DNA of 64,000 nt, filler included, from Octopus bimaculoides (Eukaryota): NCBI RefSeq assembly GCF_001194135.2. It is 9 parts of 9 records of this genome, joined end to end, with 100 filler letters (N's around TTAATTAATTAA, not from the genome) between each part and the next. Parts side by side here need not be neighbours in the genome. Positions count along the whole stretch, not along the records: positions 35,100 to 42,515 come from NC_068983.1; positions 42,616 to 54,736 come from NC_069004.1; 7 more parts are not named here. The stretch is one strand, 5' to 3'. The first letter of the stretch is position 1, and the number at the start of each line of letters is the position of its first letter. The notes beneath the pieces are model-generated. The model was given only the letters and a program-made list of their open reading frames with translations. It was not told where the DNA came from and did not search any database. A program made the translations under genes and the position numbers. Below, one piece after another: positions 39,005-49,739 of the stretch.

Positions 39005-39075
<71 letters not shown>
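38981..39075 (+). repeat. Inverted partial terminal repeat of the PLE (B-box segment plus (TAA)n) at its 5' truncation point
   Basis: GTTGGATTCCAGGCAGTGACCTGGA(TAA)n matches the minus-strand 3' end GTTCGATTCCAGGCAGTGACATGA...(AAT)n. Confidence 0.8.
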
Positions 39076-39079
39076 GATA

Positions 39080-40440
39080 ATAATAATGGTTAGAAATACA
39101 CAACGGCAAGAAAATCATGGATATTGAAACTAATAGATATAAGTATCTGAGGATTTTGTAATATGATAAAATCAAGGAAAGTGAAATGAAGGCACGAATT
39201 TCTCAGAACTAATTAATTATGGGAAGTAGGTTCTATGGAAACAATAAGATTAGGGTAATGAACACATAGGTTGTTTCCTTACTGAGATATGGAGCATGTG
39301 TTGTTAGGTGGACAGAGAATCAGCTTGAGGAAATGGAAATCAAAACCAGAACAGCGATGACAATTAACAAGGAACTACACTGCAAAATCGATAATGATAG
39401 GCTGTATGTGCCTAGAAACAGGGAAGAAAGGCCTCATAGGTTGCAAGATCTGTGTTGTCGACGAGAAGAGTAATTTGGGATGGTACATCAAACAGCAGAA
39501 TGAATCCTTGCTTAACACTGTTAGAATTATCAAAACGATACCTACCAAAAATGTGATGCATCAACAAACAGTCAAGAAACAAGCTGAAGAAGTGAAATCG
39601 AAGGAAAAGACAAGATAAGCACTTGGGGATGACTGAGAAAATTGATCTAAAAGGATGCACTGAAGCAGTGATATGCAGCGCCCAGGGACAAGCCCTGATA
39701 AATAATTACACTAAGTTCCAAATCCATAAGAGCATCAAATCCCCACTTTGTAGGATGTGTGACAGCAAAAACGAAACTATCTCACATATTGTGAATGAGT
39801 AGCAAGCTGGACCAAAAGCAATACAAAATGAAGTGTGATAAGGTGGCTAAGTTCGTCCACTGGAGGCGATGTGAAAAGTACGGCCTGAACAGAGCACGGA
39901 AATGGTACGAACATGAACCAGAAGGAGTCACCGAGAATAATAAATATAAGATACTGTGGGATTTTACAATCCAATGTAAATCCCTAATCGGTGCACGAAG
40001 GCAAGATATTGTTGTGGTAGATAAAGGGAAAAATGAAACCAAGATCATAGCTATAACAATACATGTGGATGCACGCATAAGTGACAATGAACTAGTAAAT
40101 ATTGAAAAGTACAGGCTACTAAAAGACGAAATTGCGAGAATGTGGACTATGAGGAGAGTGTCATTCCAGTAGTTGTATGGATACTTGAGGTATTAACAGT
40201 CAACTTAGAGAGAAATGTGTCAAAAACATTGGAATAGACATGATAGCAGAGTAAGCCCGAAAAAACTGCTCTATTTAGAACACCTAAGATTTTGAGATTG
40301 GCACTTGGATGTTGAATGACTTCCACAGTAATTAGCAACCAAGTATCAAAGCTTTTAACGTGCAGAATGAGATTCCGTGACAACAGGCTCCTGTCCGCTC
40401 AAACAGAATCAATCAGAACAAATGTGACCCAGCGCTCTGA
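39080..40440 (+). mobile_element. Decayed R4/Dong-like RLE LINE (RT thumb to 3' UTR)
   Basis: YKYL, RLYVPR, QYKMKCDKVAKFVHWRRCEKYGL...KWYEHEPEGV...KILWDFTIQC...RRQDIVVVD. Confidence 0.85.
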
Positions 40441-40509
40441 GAAGTAAAGCAAAAACAATGACAACAACGCATGTAGTAAAGCAACACTAGAAGAAGCAGA
40501 TGTTTTTCT

Positions 40510-41420
40510 CTCTACTCGAGGGGCCGACAAAATACAAAGTAGGCACAAACTACATTGACACACTGACCTTAGATGAATGACAACACAGCAGAAATGGTAA
40601 AAGAGACAAAAAAAAAACAACGTGAAAACTGAATTACAAAAGATACTGAAGAAGAAATGGAAAGAAAAATTACTGCATGGCCAATACAGTACAGGGATTG
40701 ACAGAGACGAAGTGAGCCTAAATAAAAGCCAAAAATGGCTCAAAATCTCTGGACTAAAAGCCGAAATGGTAGGACTGATTCACGATGCGCAAGACCAATA
40801 CCTATCTACAAACTATTATAAAAAACGAATAATGAAGGCTGGCCTCAACATCAAATGCTCATTGTGGAACCAGCACAATGAGACAGTTGACTACATCATC
40901 TCGGGCTGCCCAGTCCTTGCCAAGTTTGAACATATATACAGACACGACAAAGTAATCAGTTATATCCACTAGACAATTTGGCAAAATTACAACTTCGAAA
41001 CTGACAGCAGGTGGTATAAATATGTGCCAAGTAATATACAAGACAACGACCAGGCCACAGTCATCTACGATAAGCTGGTTCAAAACTCCAAAGAAACAAA
41101 AGCTTATCACTGAGGCATGATAGTCAAGGACTGGGAAAATAACTGCTTTCTGACAGATATTGCAGTCCCTTCTGAAGAAAATATTGTCAAAAAGAAGTGG
41201 AGAAATTGTCGAAGTACAAAGACCTCGAACTTGAAGTATTCCAAATGTGGGGCATGAAGGTGAAAATAATAACAATAATAGTTGGAGCATTGGGCATGAT
41301 AAAAAACATGAACAACCACATCCTATGTAAGGCACTATCAATCCAATAATACAACCTAAACACAACAACCCGCAAATACAAGAGACTCTATACAGCATTT
41401 ACCCAGTGAAATAAACCTCC
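40510..41420 (+). mobile_element. Decayed R4/Dong-like RLE LINE, different subfamily
   Basis: WKEKLLHGQY...SQKWLKISGLKAE..GLIHDAQDQYLSTNYYK...KCSLWNQHNETVDYIISGCPVLAKFEHIYRHD; TDIAVPSEENI; IIVGALGMI. Confidence 0.85.
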
Positions 41421-41484
41421 ACTAGCAAGCCGAAACCAAATATTGAATAGTTATATAATAATAACAACCATAATAATAATAAAT

Positions 41485-42305
41485 GATCTGAAAGATGCAC
41501 TACGGTATTGATATGCAACGCCCAGGAACAAACCCTGAGAACTAAGTACACCAAGTTCCAAATAGATAAGAGTAACGAATCGCCCCGTCGTAGGATGCGT
41601 GGTAGCAGAAACTGAACTATCTCACATATTGTGAGTGAGTGTAGAAAGCTGGCCCAAAAATATTACAAAAGGAGACGTGATATCGAGACAAAGTTTGTCC
41701 ACTGGAGGCCGTGTGAAAAGTGTGATCTGAACTGAACACGGAAATGGTACGAGCATGAACCAGAAGTAGTCATTGGGGACAGGAACATAAGATACTATGG
41801 GATTTTACAATCCAATGTGACTCCATAATCAGTGTTCGGAGACCAGATATTGTTGTGTAAATAAAAGAAAACAACGAAACCAAGATCAGAGATATTGCAA
41901 AATATGGAGATGCATGCATAATTGACAGAGAACAAGAAAATATTGGAAAGCACAAACTACTAACAGACAAAATTGCAAGAACATGGATTATGTGGAGAAC
42001 GTCTGTAATTTCTATAGTTGTAGGGGAAATCGGAGCACTAACAACCAGGTTCGAGAAATACGTCGAAGAAATCGGAATTAATGAGAACAGAGTAAGCCCA
42101 CCAAAACTGGAGACAGCTAGGATTTGGGGATTGGTACTTGAATGTTGGATGTCTTCCACAGTAATTAACAACCAAGTTACAAAGGTGATAATTTGTGGAA
42201 AGGGACACTGTGAGACCTCTGTCAGCAAGCTGCGGTCTGCTCTCTCAGAATCTACCAGAAAAAACAAGACTGAACGTTCTGACAAGTACACAACAACAAA
42301 AACAA
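41485..42305 (+). mobile_element. Decayed R4/Dong-like RLE LINE, related to 39080-40440
   Basis: 41495-41830 aligns with 39655-39990; RRPDIVV and VVGEIGALT motifs; (AAC)n tail. Confidence 0.8.
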
Positions 42306-42313
42306 AAATAATA

Positions 42314-42515
42314 CAGTTCTATATTTAAGAGATGATAAATTATGTACCTTATTTACATTATTTACATTTGACGGATATTTGCCGTCATCCTGTTTGTTAA
42401 CACAATGTTTCGGCTAATATACCATCCATCCTTCATCAGGTGTCTTGGGGAAATTTCGAACCTGGGTTCTCATTCCTACGGTATTTTCGATGTTGTTGTT
42501 GTTGTTGTTGTTGTT
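42314..42515 (-). mobile_element. ORF-less copy of the PLE terminal module carrying a hammerhead motif
   Basis: Colinear with 37597-37790, same CAGTTCT boundary; runs into (AAC)n and an assembly gap. Confidence 0.85.
42399..42444 (-). ncRNA. Minimal type I hammerhead ribozyme motif (copy 2)
   Basis: GACAC-CTGATGA-AGGATG-GATGGTATAT-TAGCC-GAAA-CATT-GTGTT: core intact, stem I GACAC/GTGTT, one stem II mismatch, ACGT changed to ACAT. Confidence 0.75.
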
Positions 42516-43063
42516 NNNNNNNNNNNNNNNNNNNNNNNNNNNNNNNNNNNNNNNNNNNNTTAATTAATTAANNNNNNNNNNNNNNNNNNNNNNNNNNNNN
42601 NNNNNNNNNNNNNNNGGCGGTGGTGGTAGTGGCCGTGATGGTGATGGCGGTATCGACCGTTGATGTTGGCAGCGGCGTCGACGCCCATGTTGTTGTTGTT
42701 GCTGCTGCTGTTGTTGATGTTGTTGTTATTGATCTTGTTTCTGTCGTATTTTTCTCTCTTTTCTTAATTATATGTTTTTCATTATTCATTGTGTTTTGCT
42801 TGTGCATTTAATGCGTGAATGACAGAGGTGAATGGTTGTGTCTTTATGAATGTGTGTGAGTGTCTGTGTACGTATATATGTGTCTGTATGTATGTGTGCG
42901 TATAAATATGTATGTGTGTGCGTGTACACATATATGTATATGTATACATATATAAACATATATATATATATGAAAATGTGTGTATATATCTATATGTACA
43001 CACACGGACACTTATATATATATATACACGCACACACACAGAATTTAAATGCGAGCTGATAAA

Positions 43064-43199
43064 AGTTTCATGCCTCCGATAATACAATGCCCGATGATGC
43101 TTGTATAGCGTGCCGAGTTTTTGAGGCAATCATTCAGGTTCAGTAGACAGTTCGCTATACAACCTCGCCTGGTTATTGTATTATGAGAGGCATGAAACT
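43064..43199. repeat. Imperfect 47-bp inverted repeat with a 42-nt loop
   Basis: AGTTTCATGCCTCCGATAATACAAT-12nt-TTGTATAGCG versus CGCTATACAA-12nt-ATTGTATTATGAGAGGCATGAAACT. Confidence 0.85.
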
Positions 43200-43684
43200 C
43201 ACAGTCGATCGTATTTTAATCTTCTGTATATCAAAATGATATTTATCCTTTATTGGATAGGCTAATTTTTGCTGATCCAGCAATTTTCCTGAAAATGACT
43301 GGATTTCTTGTCTATATAATAATGTGATTAGCTGCTTATTTCTCCGGGATTCGTCAAGTGATGTAAATACACCTGATGAGACCCCAAGAAGTGTAGAAAA
43401 TTGGACTAAGGCTCTTCATAATGTTTTTACAATCTATAGGGCAATTGTTAAATAGTAACATTTGCCAATATATATATATAACGGGTGAACGAACAAGCAG
43501 ATAATTATATAGATTATAATGATAATAATAATAATAATAATTATTATTATTATTGTTGTTGTTGCTGATGTTGTATATTATATTTATTTATGTATTTGTT
43601 TCTCTCTTGTATTTCACGGCTAAAATAACAAAAGCTCTATTATTGAATAGCCGACAAAAAGATAGACAAATACGTATATATATA

Positions 43685-43735
<51 letters not shown>

Positions 43736-44364
43736 NNNNNNNNNNNNNNNNNNNNNNNNNNNNNNNNNNNNNNNNNNNNNNNNNNNNNNAGGCTCTTCAT
43801 AATGTTTTTACAATCTATAGGGCAATTGTTAAATAGTAACATTTGCCAATATATATATATAACGGGTGAACGAACAAGCAGATAATTATATAGATTATAA
43901 TGATAATAATAATAATAATAATTATTATTATTATTGTTGTTGTTGCTGATGTTGTATATTATATTTATTTATGTATTTGTTTCTCTCTTGTATTTCACGG
44001 CTAAAATAACAAAAGCTCTATTATTGAATAGCCGACAAAAAGATAGACAAATACGTATATATATATGTGTGTGTGTATGTGCCATTTTTTTTTTTTGGTC
44101 CTTCCTTTCTTTTATTTTGAGACTCATGGCTGTGATTTAAAGAAATAATTTGACTGCTGTTTCTGTTAGAAACAAGCAAAAGAACCACTTAGATTCTTAG
44201 CCATTGCCTGATGATTCACTCTAATATCTTTTCTTTCAATGACAAAGAACGTTCCAGCTAAACTCCAACCGAACGGCGAACACTCGAGTGGGCTTAAGTG
44301 TAACCAATCAGCACTCTTAAGTAATTACAAATTGTAACATGTACAAGGATTTCGCGATTTTGTT

Positions 44365-44795
44365 TTTTCACCCTATAATTACCATATTTCTTCTGAAACA
44401 CACAAAGCCTTTGTTTCAATTAATTTCGAAAATGAAGAATTTTGTAAAATAATTTTGTCGTTATTGAATCGGTGTTTAGAACAAAAATTAACACGAAATT
44501 TTGACGGAGAGTTTCAATTTAAATTACTTTAATCCTATTGTTACCATATTTCTGATGAAATGCACTGCTTTGTTTCATTTAATTTTAGAAATAATGAAGA
44601 ATTTGGTAAAATAACTTTGTAGTTATCAAATTGGTGATTAGAACATAAATTAGCATGGAATTTTGATGAAAGTTTTCAATTTAGATAAATTTACCCTTTT
44701 TATTACCGTATTTCTGTTGAAATGGATCGCCTTTCTTTCAATTAGTTTTGAAAAATAATGAATTTTGTAAAATAACATTGTCATTATTATTAAGC
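44365..44795. repeat. About 161-bp tandem repeat, about 2.6 diverged units
   Basis: TTACCATATTTC...GAAGAATTT.GTAAAATAA recurs near 44380, 44541 and 44702. Confidence 0.75.
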
Positions 44796-44802
44796 TAGTG
44801 TT

Positions 44803-45465
44803 TAACGGTGGTGAGCTGGTAGAAATGTTAGCGCGCTGGGCCAAATGCTTAGCGGTATTTTTCCGATCGCTACGTTCAGAGTTTAAATTCCGCCGAGGTC
44901 GACTTAGCCTTTCATCCTTTCGGGACGATTAATTAAGTACCAGTTGTGTACTGGAGTTGATCTAATCGACTGGTTCCCTCCCACGAAATTTCGGGCCTTG
45001 TGCCTAGAATAGAAAAGATTATAATTCAGCTAGAGTTTTACGGTGGTGAGCTGGCAGAATTGTTTGTGCGCCGGGCGAAATGTTTAGCGGTATTTCGCCA
45101 ATCGCTACGTTCAGAGTTCAAATTCCGCCGAGGTCGACTCTGCCTTTCAGCCTCTAGAGGTAGATAGATTAAGTACCAGTGAAACTCTGGGGTCGATGTA
45201 ATTAACTAGTCACCTCCCTCAAAATTTTAGGCCTTGTGCCTTAAGTAGAAAGGATTAATAAGTTAATATAAGGCGATGAGCTGGCAGAGTCGTTAGCACG
45301 CTAGACGAAATACGATATTTCGTCCGTCCTTCTGTTCTGAGTTCAAGTTCTGCCGAGGTCGACTCTGCCTTTCATCCTTTCGAAGTCGATAAATTAAGTA
45401 CCAGTTGTGTACTGGTGTCAATGTAATCGGGTAGCCACCTTCCCCAAAATTTCAGGCCTTGTACT
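44803..45465 (+). mobile_element. Three head-to-tail family B SINEs (tail B2)
   Basis: Units at about 44803-45021, 45038-45257 and 45269-45465. Confidence 0.88.
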
Positions 45466-45487
45466 ATATATATATATATATATAGGA

Positions 45488-45570
45488 GAAGACACTTGCC
45501 ACGCAGTGGGACTGAACCTGGAACCGATATGGTTGGGAAGCAAGCTTCCTACCACACAACTACGCCTGCG
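45488..45570 (-). mobile_element. SINE family A, 5' half
   Basis: GAAGACACTTGCCACGCAGTGGGACTGAACC...CTTCCTACCACACA. Confidence 0.75.
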
Positions 45571-45574
45571 TTTA

Positions 45575-45624
<50 letters not shown>

Positions 45625-45705
45625 TAGATAGATAGATAGATACATATAAATAATTATATATATATATATATATATATAGATAGATACACACACACGCGCG
45701 CGCGA

Positions 45706-45749
<44 letters not shown>

Positions 45750-46008
45750 CAAACACGCAAGACGAGCGCGCGCGCATGCAAGCATTCGACAGATATTTGG
45801 GATTTATATCTAATTATGAAACAGCTGTAATTAAATATTTATTTCATTGTTTGAATGCATTTCACAGACACCCTATATAGATTAACACGCACAATCCTGC
45901 ATTTTATGTGTACGTGTGTGTGTTTGTGTGTGTGTGCGTGTGCGCGTATGTATGTGTCTGCGTGTCCATGATTGTATATGTATATATGTATGCAGAAAAA
46001 ATATATGC

Positions 46009-46042
<34 letters not shown>

Positions 46043-47059
46043 TATATATATTGACTATTTATGTATATATACATACATATATATACATGCAGATGTTAAT
46101 ACACACTCAGGTAATAGAAAACATATATCTAAATACACACACACACATATATACATATATATATATATATATATACATATNNNNNNNNNNNNNNNNNNNN
46201 NNNNNNNNNNNNNNNNNNNNNNNNNNNNNNNNNNNNNNNNNNNNNNNNNNNNNNNNNNNNNNNNNNNNNNNNNNNNNNNNNNNNNNNNNNNNNNNNNNNN
46301 NNNNNNNNNNNNNNNNNNNNNNNNNNNNNNNNNNNNNNNNNNNNNNNNNNNNNNNNNNNNNNNNNNNNNNNNNNNNNNNNNNNNNNNNNNNNNNNNNNNN
46401 NNNNNNNNNNNNNNNNNNNNNNNNNNNNNNNNNNNNNNNNNNNNNNNNNNNNNNNNNNNNNNNNNNNNNNNNNNNNNNNNNNNNNNNNNNNNNNNNNNNN
46501 NNNNNNNNNNNNNNNNNNNNNNNNNNNNNNNNNNNNNNNNNNNNNNNNNNNNNNNNNNNNNNNNNNNNNNNNNNNNNNNNNNNNNNNNNNNNNNNNNNNN
46601 NNNNNNNNNNNNNNNNNNNNNNNNNNNNNNNNNNNNNNNNNNNNNNNNNNNNNNNNNNNNNNNNNNNNNNNNNNNNNNNNNNNNNNNNNNNNNNNNNNNN
46701 NNNNNNNNNNNNNNNNNNNNNNNNNNNNNNNNNNNNNNNNNNNNNNNNNNNNNNNNNNNNNNNNNNNNNNNNNNNNNNNNNNNNNNNNNNNNNNNNNNNN
46801 NNNNNNNNNNNNNNNNNNNNNNNNNNNNNNNNNNNNNNNNNNNNNNNNNNNNNNNNNNNNNNNNNNNNNNNNNNNNNNNNNNNNNNNNNNNNNNNNNNNN
46901 NNNNNNNNNNNNNNNNNNNNNNNNNNNNNNNNNNNNNNNNNNNNNNNNNNNNNNNNNNNNNNNNNNNNNNNNNNNNNNNNNTTATATTAAAATTTCCAAT
47001 TTAAGGTGGTTTTTAAGAGAGAAAAAGAGAAGCATAATAAATGAGGTGTTTAAAGCAGC

Positions 47060-47930
47060 TTAGGAGGGCAACAGCAGCAACAGTACTTGAACCACAGCAA
47101 CGATGACAACAGGAGCAGTGGTGGTAGTAGTGGCAGTAGCGAGGACAACAATTACAGCAGCAGCAGCAGCAGCAGCAGCGGCGGCGCCAGTGGTGGCAGT
47201 AGGGATAATGACAATAGCAACAACAACAGCAGCAGCATCAACAGCAGCAATATTAGCAGCAGTAGCAGCAGCAGTAGCAGCAACAGCAGTCACAGCAGCA
47301 GCAGTCACAGCAGCAAGAATAACAACAACAGCAACAGCGAGAACAATAACAACAAAAATACTGTAGCAGCAGTGGCAGGAGTAGTAGTAGCAGTAAACGA
47401 CAAGAGCAGTAGTGGTGGCAGTAGCAACAGGAGCAACGACAACAACAACAGTAACAACAAGAATAGCACCAGCGGCAGCAGCACCGTGAACTGCAGTGGC
47501 GGCAGTAGAGGCAGTGGTAGCTGTAGTGGCAGCAGCAAGGACAACCACAGTGGCGGCAGCAGCAGCAGCAGCAATCTCAACAGCAACAACAACAACAACA
47601 ACAGCAACAGTTGCGTTAGTGGCAGCAGGAACAACATCAACACCAAAAACAACAATATAGCTGCAGAAGCAGTTGCGGTGGCAGTAGCGACGACAACAGC
47701 AGTAGTGGCGGTGGCAGCAGCAGCAACGATCTCAACAACAACAACAGCAACAGTAGCACTTGTGGCGGCAGCAGCAACAACATCAAAAACAACAACAGCT
47801 GCAGAAGCAGTTGCGGCGGCAGTAGCGACGACAACAGCAGTAGTGGCGGTGGCAGCAGCAGCAACGATCTCAACAACAACAACAGCAACAGTAGCACTTG
47901 TGGCGGCAGCAGCAACAACATCAAAAACAA
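47060..47930. repeat. CAG/AAC/GTA low-complexity tract ending in a 138-bp minisatellite (2 near-identical units, then a gap)
   Basis: GCTGCAGAAGCAGTTGCGG at 47660 and 47798. Confidence 0.9.
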
Positions 47931-48806
47931 NNNNNNNNNNNNNNNNNNNNNNNNNNNNNNNNNNNNNNNNNNNNNNNNNNNNNNNNNNNNNNNNNNNNNN
48001 NNNNNNNNNNNNNNNNNNNNNNNNNNNNNNNNNNNNNNNNNNNNNNNNNNNNNNNNNNNNNNNNNNNNNNNNNNNNNNNNNNNNNNNNNNNNNNNNNNNN
48101 NNNNNNNNNNNNNNNNNNNNNNNNNNNNNNNNNNNNNNNNNNNNNNNNNNNNNNNNNNNNNNNNNNNNNNNNNNNNNNNNNNNNNNNNNNNNNNNNNNNN
48201 NNNNNNNNNNNNNNNNNNNNNNNNNNNNNNNNNNNNNNNNNNNNNNNNNNNNNNNNNNNNNNNNNNNNNNNNNNNNNNNNNNNNNNNNNNNNNNNNNNNN
48301 NNNNNNNNNNNNNNNNNNNNNNNNNNNNNNNNNNNNNNNNNNNNNNNNNNNNNNNNNNNNNNNNNNNNNNNNNNNNNNNNNNNNNNNNNNNNNNNNNNNN
48401 NNNNNNNNNNNNNNNNNNNNNNNNNNNNNNNNNNNNNNNNNNNNNNNNNNNNNNNNNNNNNNNNNNNNNNNNNNNNNNNNNNNNNNNNNNNNNNNNNNNN
48501 NNNNNNNNNNNNNNNNNNNNNNNNNNNNNNNNNNNNNNNNNNNNNNNNNNNNNNNNNNNNNNNNNNNNNNNNNNNNNNNNNNNNNNNNNNNNNNNNNNNN
48601 NNNNNNNNNNNNNNNNNNNNNNNNNNNNNNNNNNNNNNNNNNNNNNNNNNNNNNNNNNNNNNNNNNNNNNNNNNNNNNNNNNNNNNNNNNNNNNNNNNNN
48701 NNNNNNNNNNNNNNNNNNNNNNNNNNNNNNNNNNNNNNNNNNNNNNNNNNNNNNNNNNNNNNNNNNNNNNNNNNNNNNNNNNNNNNNNNNNNNNNNNNNN
48801 NNNNNG

Positions 48807-49075
48807 TAATCGACCAGTCCCCTGTCCAAAATTTCAGGTTTGGTGCCTTTAGTAGAAAGGATTGCATCATATGTTATAACTTTTAAGGGCAGCGAGCTTG
48901 CAGAATCGTTAGCACACCAGGAAAAATGCTTAGCGGTATTTTGTCTGGCCTTATGTTCTGAGTTCAAATTCCACCGAGGTCGACTTTGTTTTCCATCCCT
49001 TTCAGGGTCGATAAAACAAGTACTGGGGTCGATATAAATCGACTATATCCCTCAGCACAAATTTCAGGCCTGGTA
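48807..49075 (+). mobile_element. Family B SINE tail plus a full copy in tandem
   Basis: Tail B2 at 48807-48866, copy at 48884-49075. Confidence 0.8.
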
Positions 49076-49299
49076 AATAGGATTTATATCTTTTTTTTTT
49101 TTTTTGCTTATTTCTACCATTGGCATGCAGCCGTACCTAGGGCGCTACCTTCCAAGGTTTTAGTCGACAACAACAGCTAGAATAATAATGATTTATGCTT
49201 TAGTCACGGAGCCTGAAATTTTGAAAGGATGAGGGGAAAAGAAGTTGATTACATCTATTTTAGTTCTCAACCGATGCTTATTTTATCGAGTCCCAAATT

Positions 49300-49739
49300 C
49301 GAATCACCATCTGTGAGTTATCAGATTAGCTACAGTTCAGTTCAGTCTATTATCACTGAAGATTTGGGTATGAGACGCGCGTCTGCCAAGTTTGTGCCGA
49401 AATTGCTTTAAAAAAGACACTCAGGTTTCATTGTGTCGAAAACGATGAAAATATTTTGAAAACTTTGCGTAGACCTCTGAGCAGGTATCGCCAAGCTTTT
49501 GGCAAAATTCGATGCGGATTCTCTGCTCTAATTTCTCTGTCATGGTCAAGGCGACGATCACACGCTACACACCTTCATTCCAAACACTGTTGTAAACTGC
49601 AGAAGTGAGCTAGAACGTTAAGACTTAATGCGCATACACAACAAAGTTCAAGGTAAATTTATACCAAGCGGCTTCACTCTACGTGCTTTAACTTCGTTAT
49701 AATGGCAACAATCCGCATACTTATTGATCAAACCACGTA
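49300..49739. mobile_element. Rearranged mariner (Tc1/mariner) relic: internal fragment on plus, 5' end with TIR on minus
   Basis: Plus: SVQSIITEDLGMRRASAKFVPKLL; minus from ATG at 49543: MTEKLEQRIRIEFCQKLGDTCSE; terminal TA at 49738-49739. Confidence 0.8.

Noticed and set aside
43409-44072. Near-identical ~285-bp direct duplication (43409 and 43790)
   Set aside because: The copies flank a small gap, so this is most likely an unmerged contig overlap.
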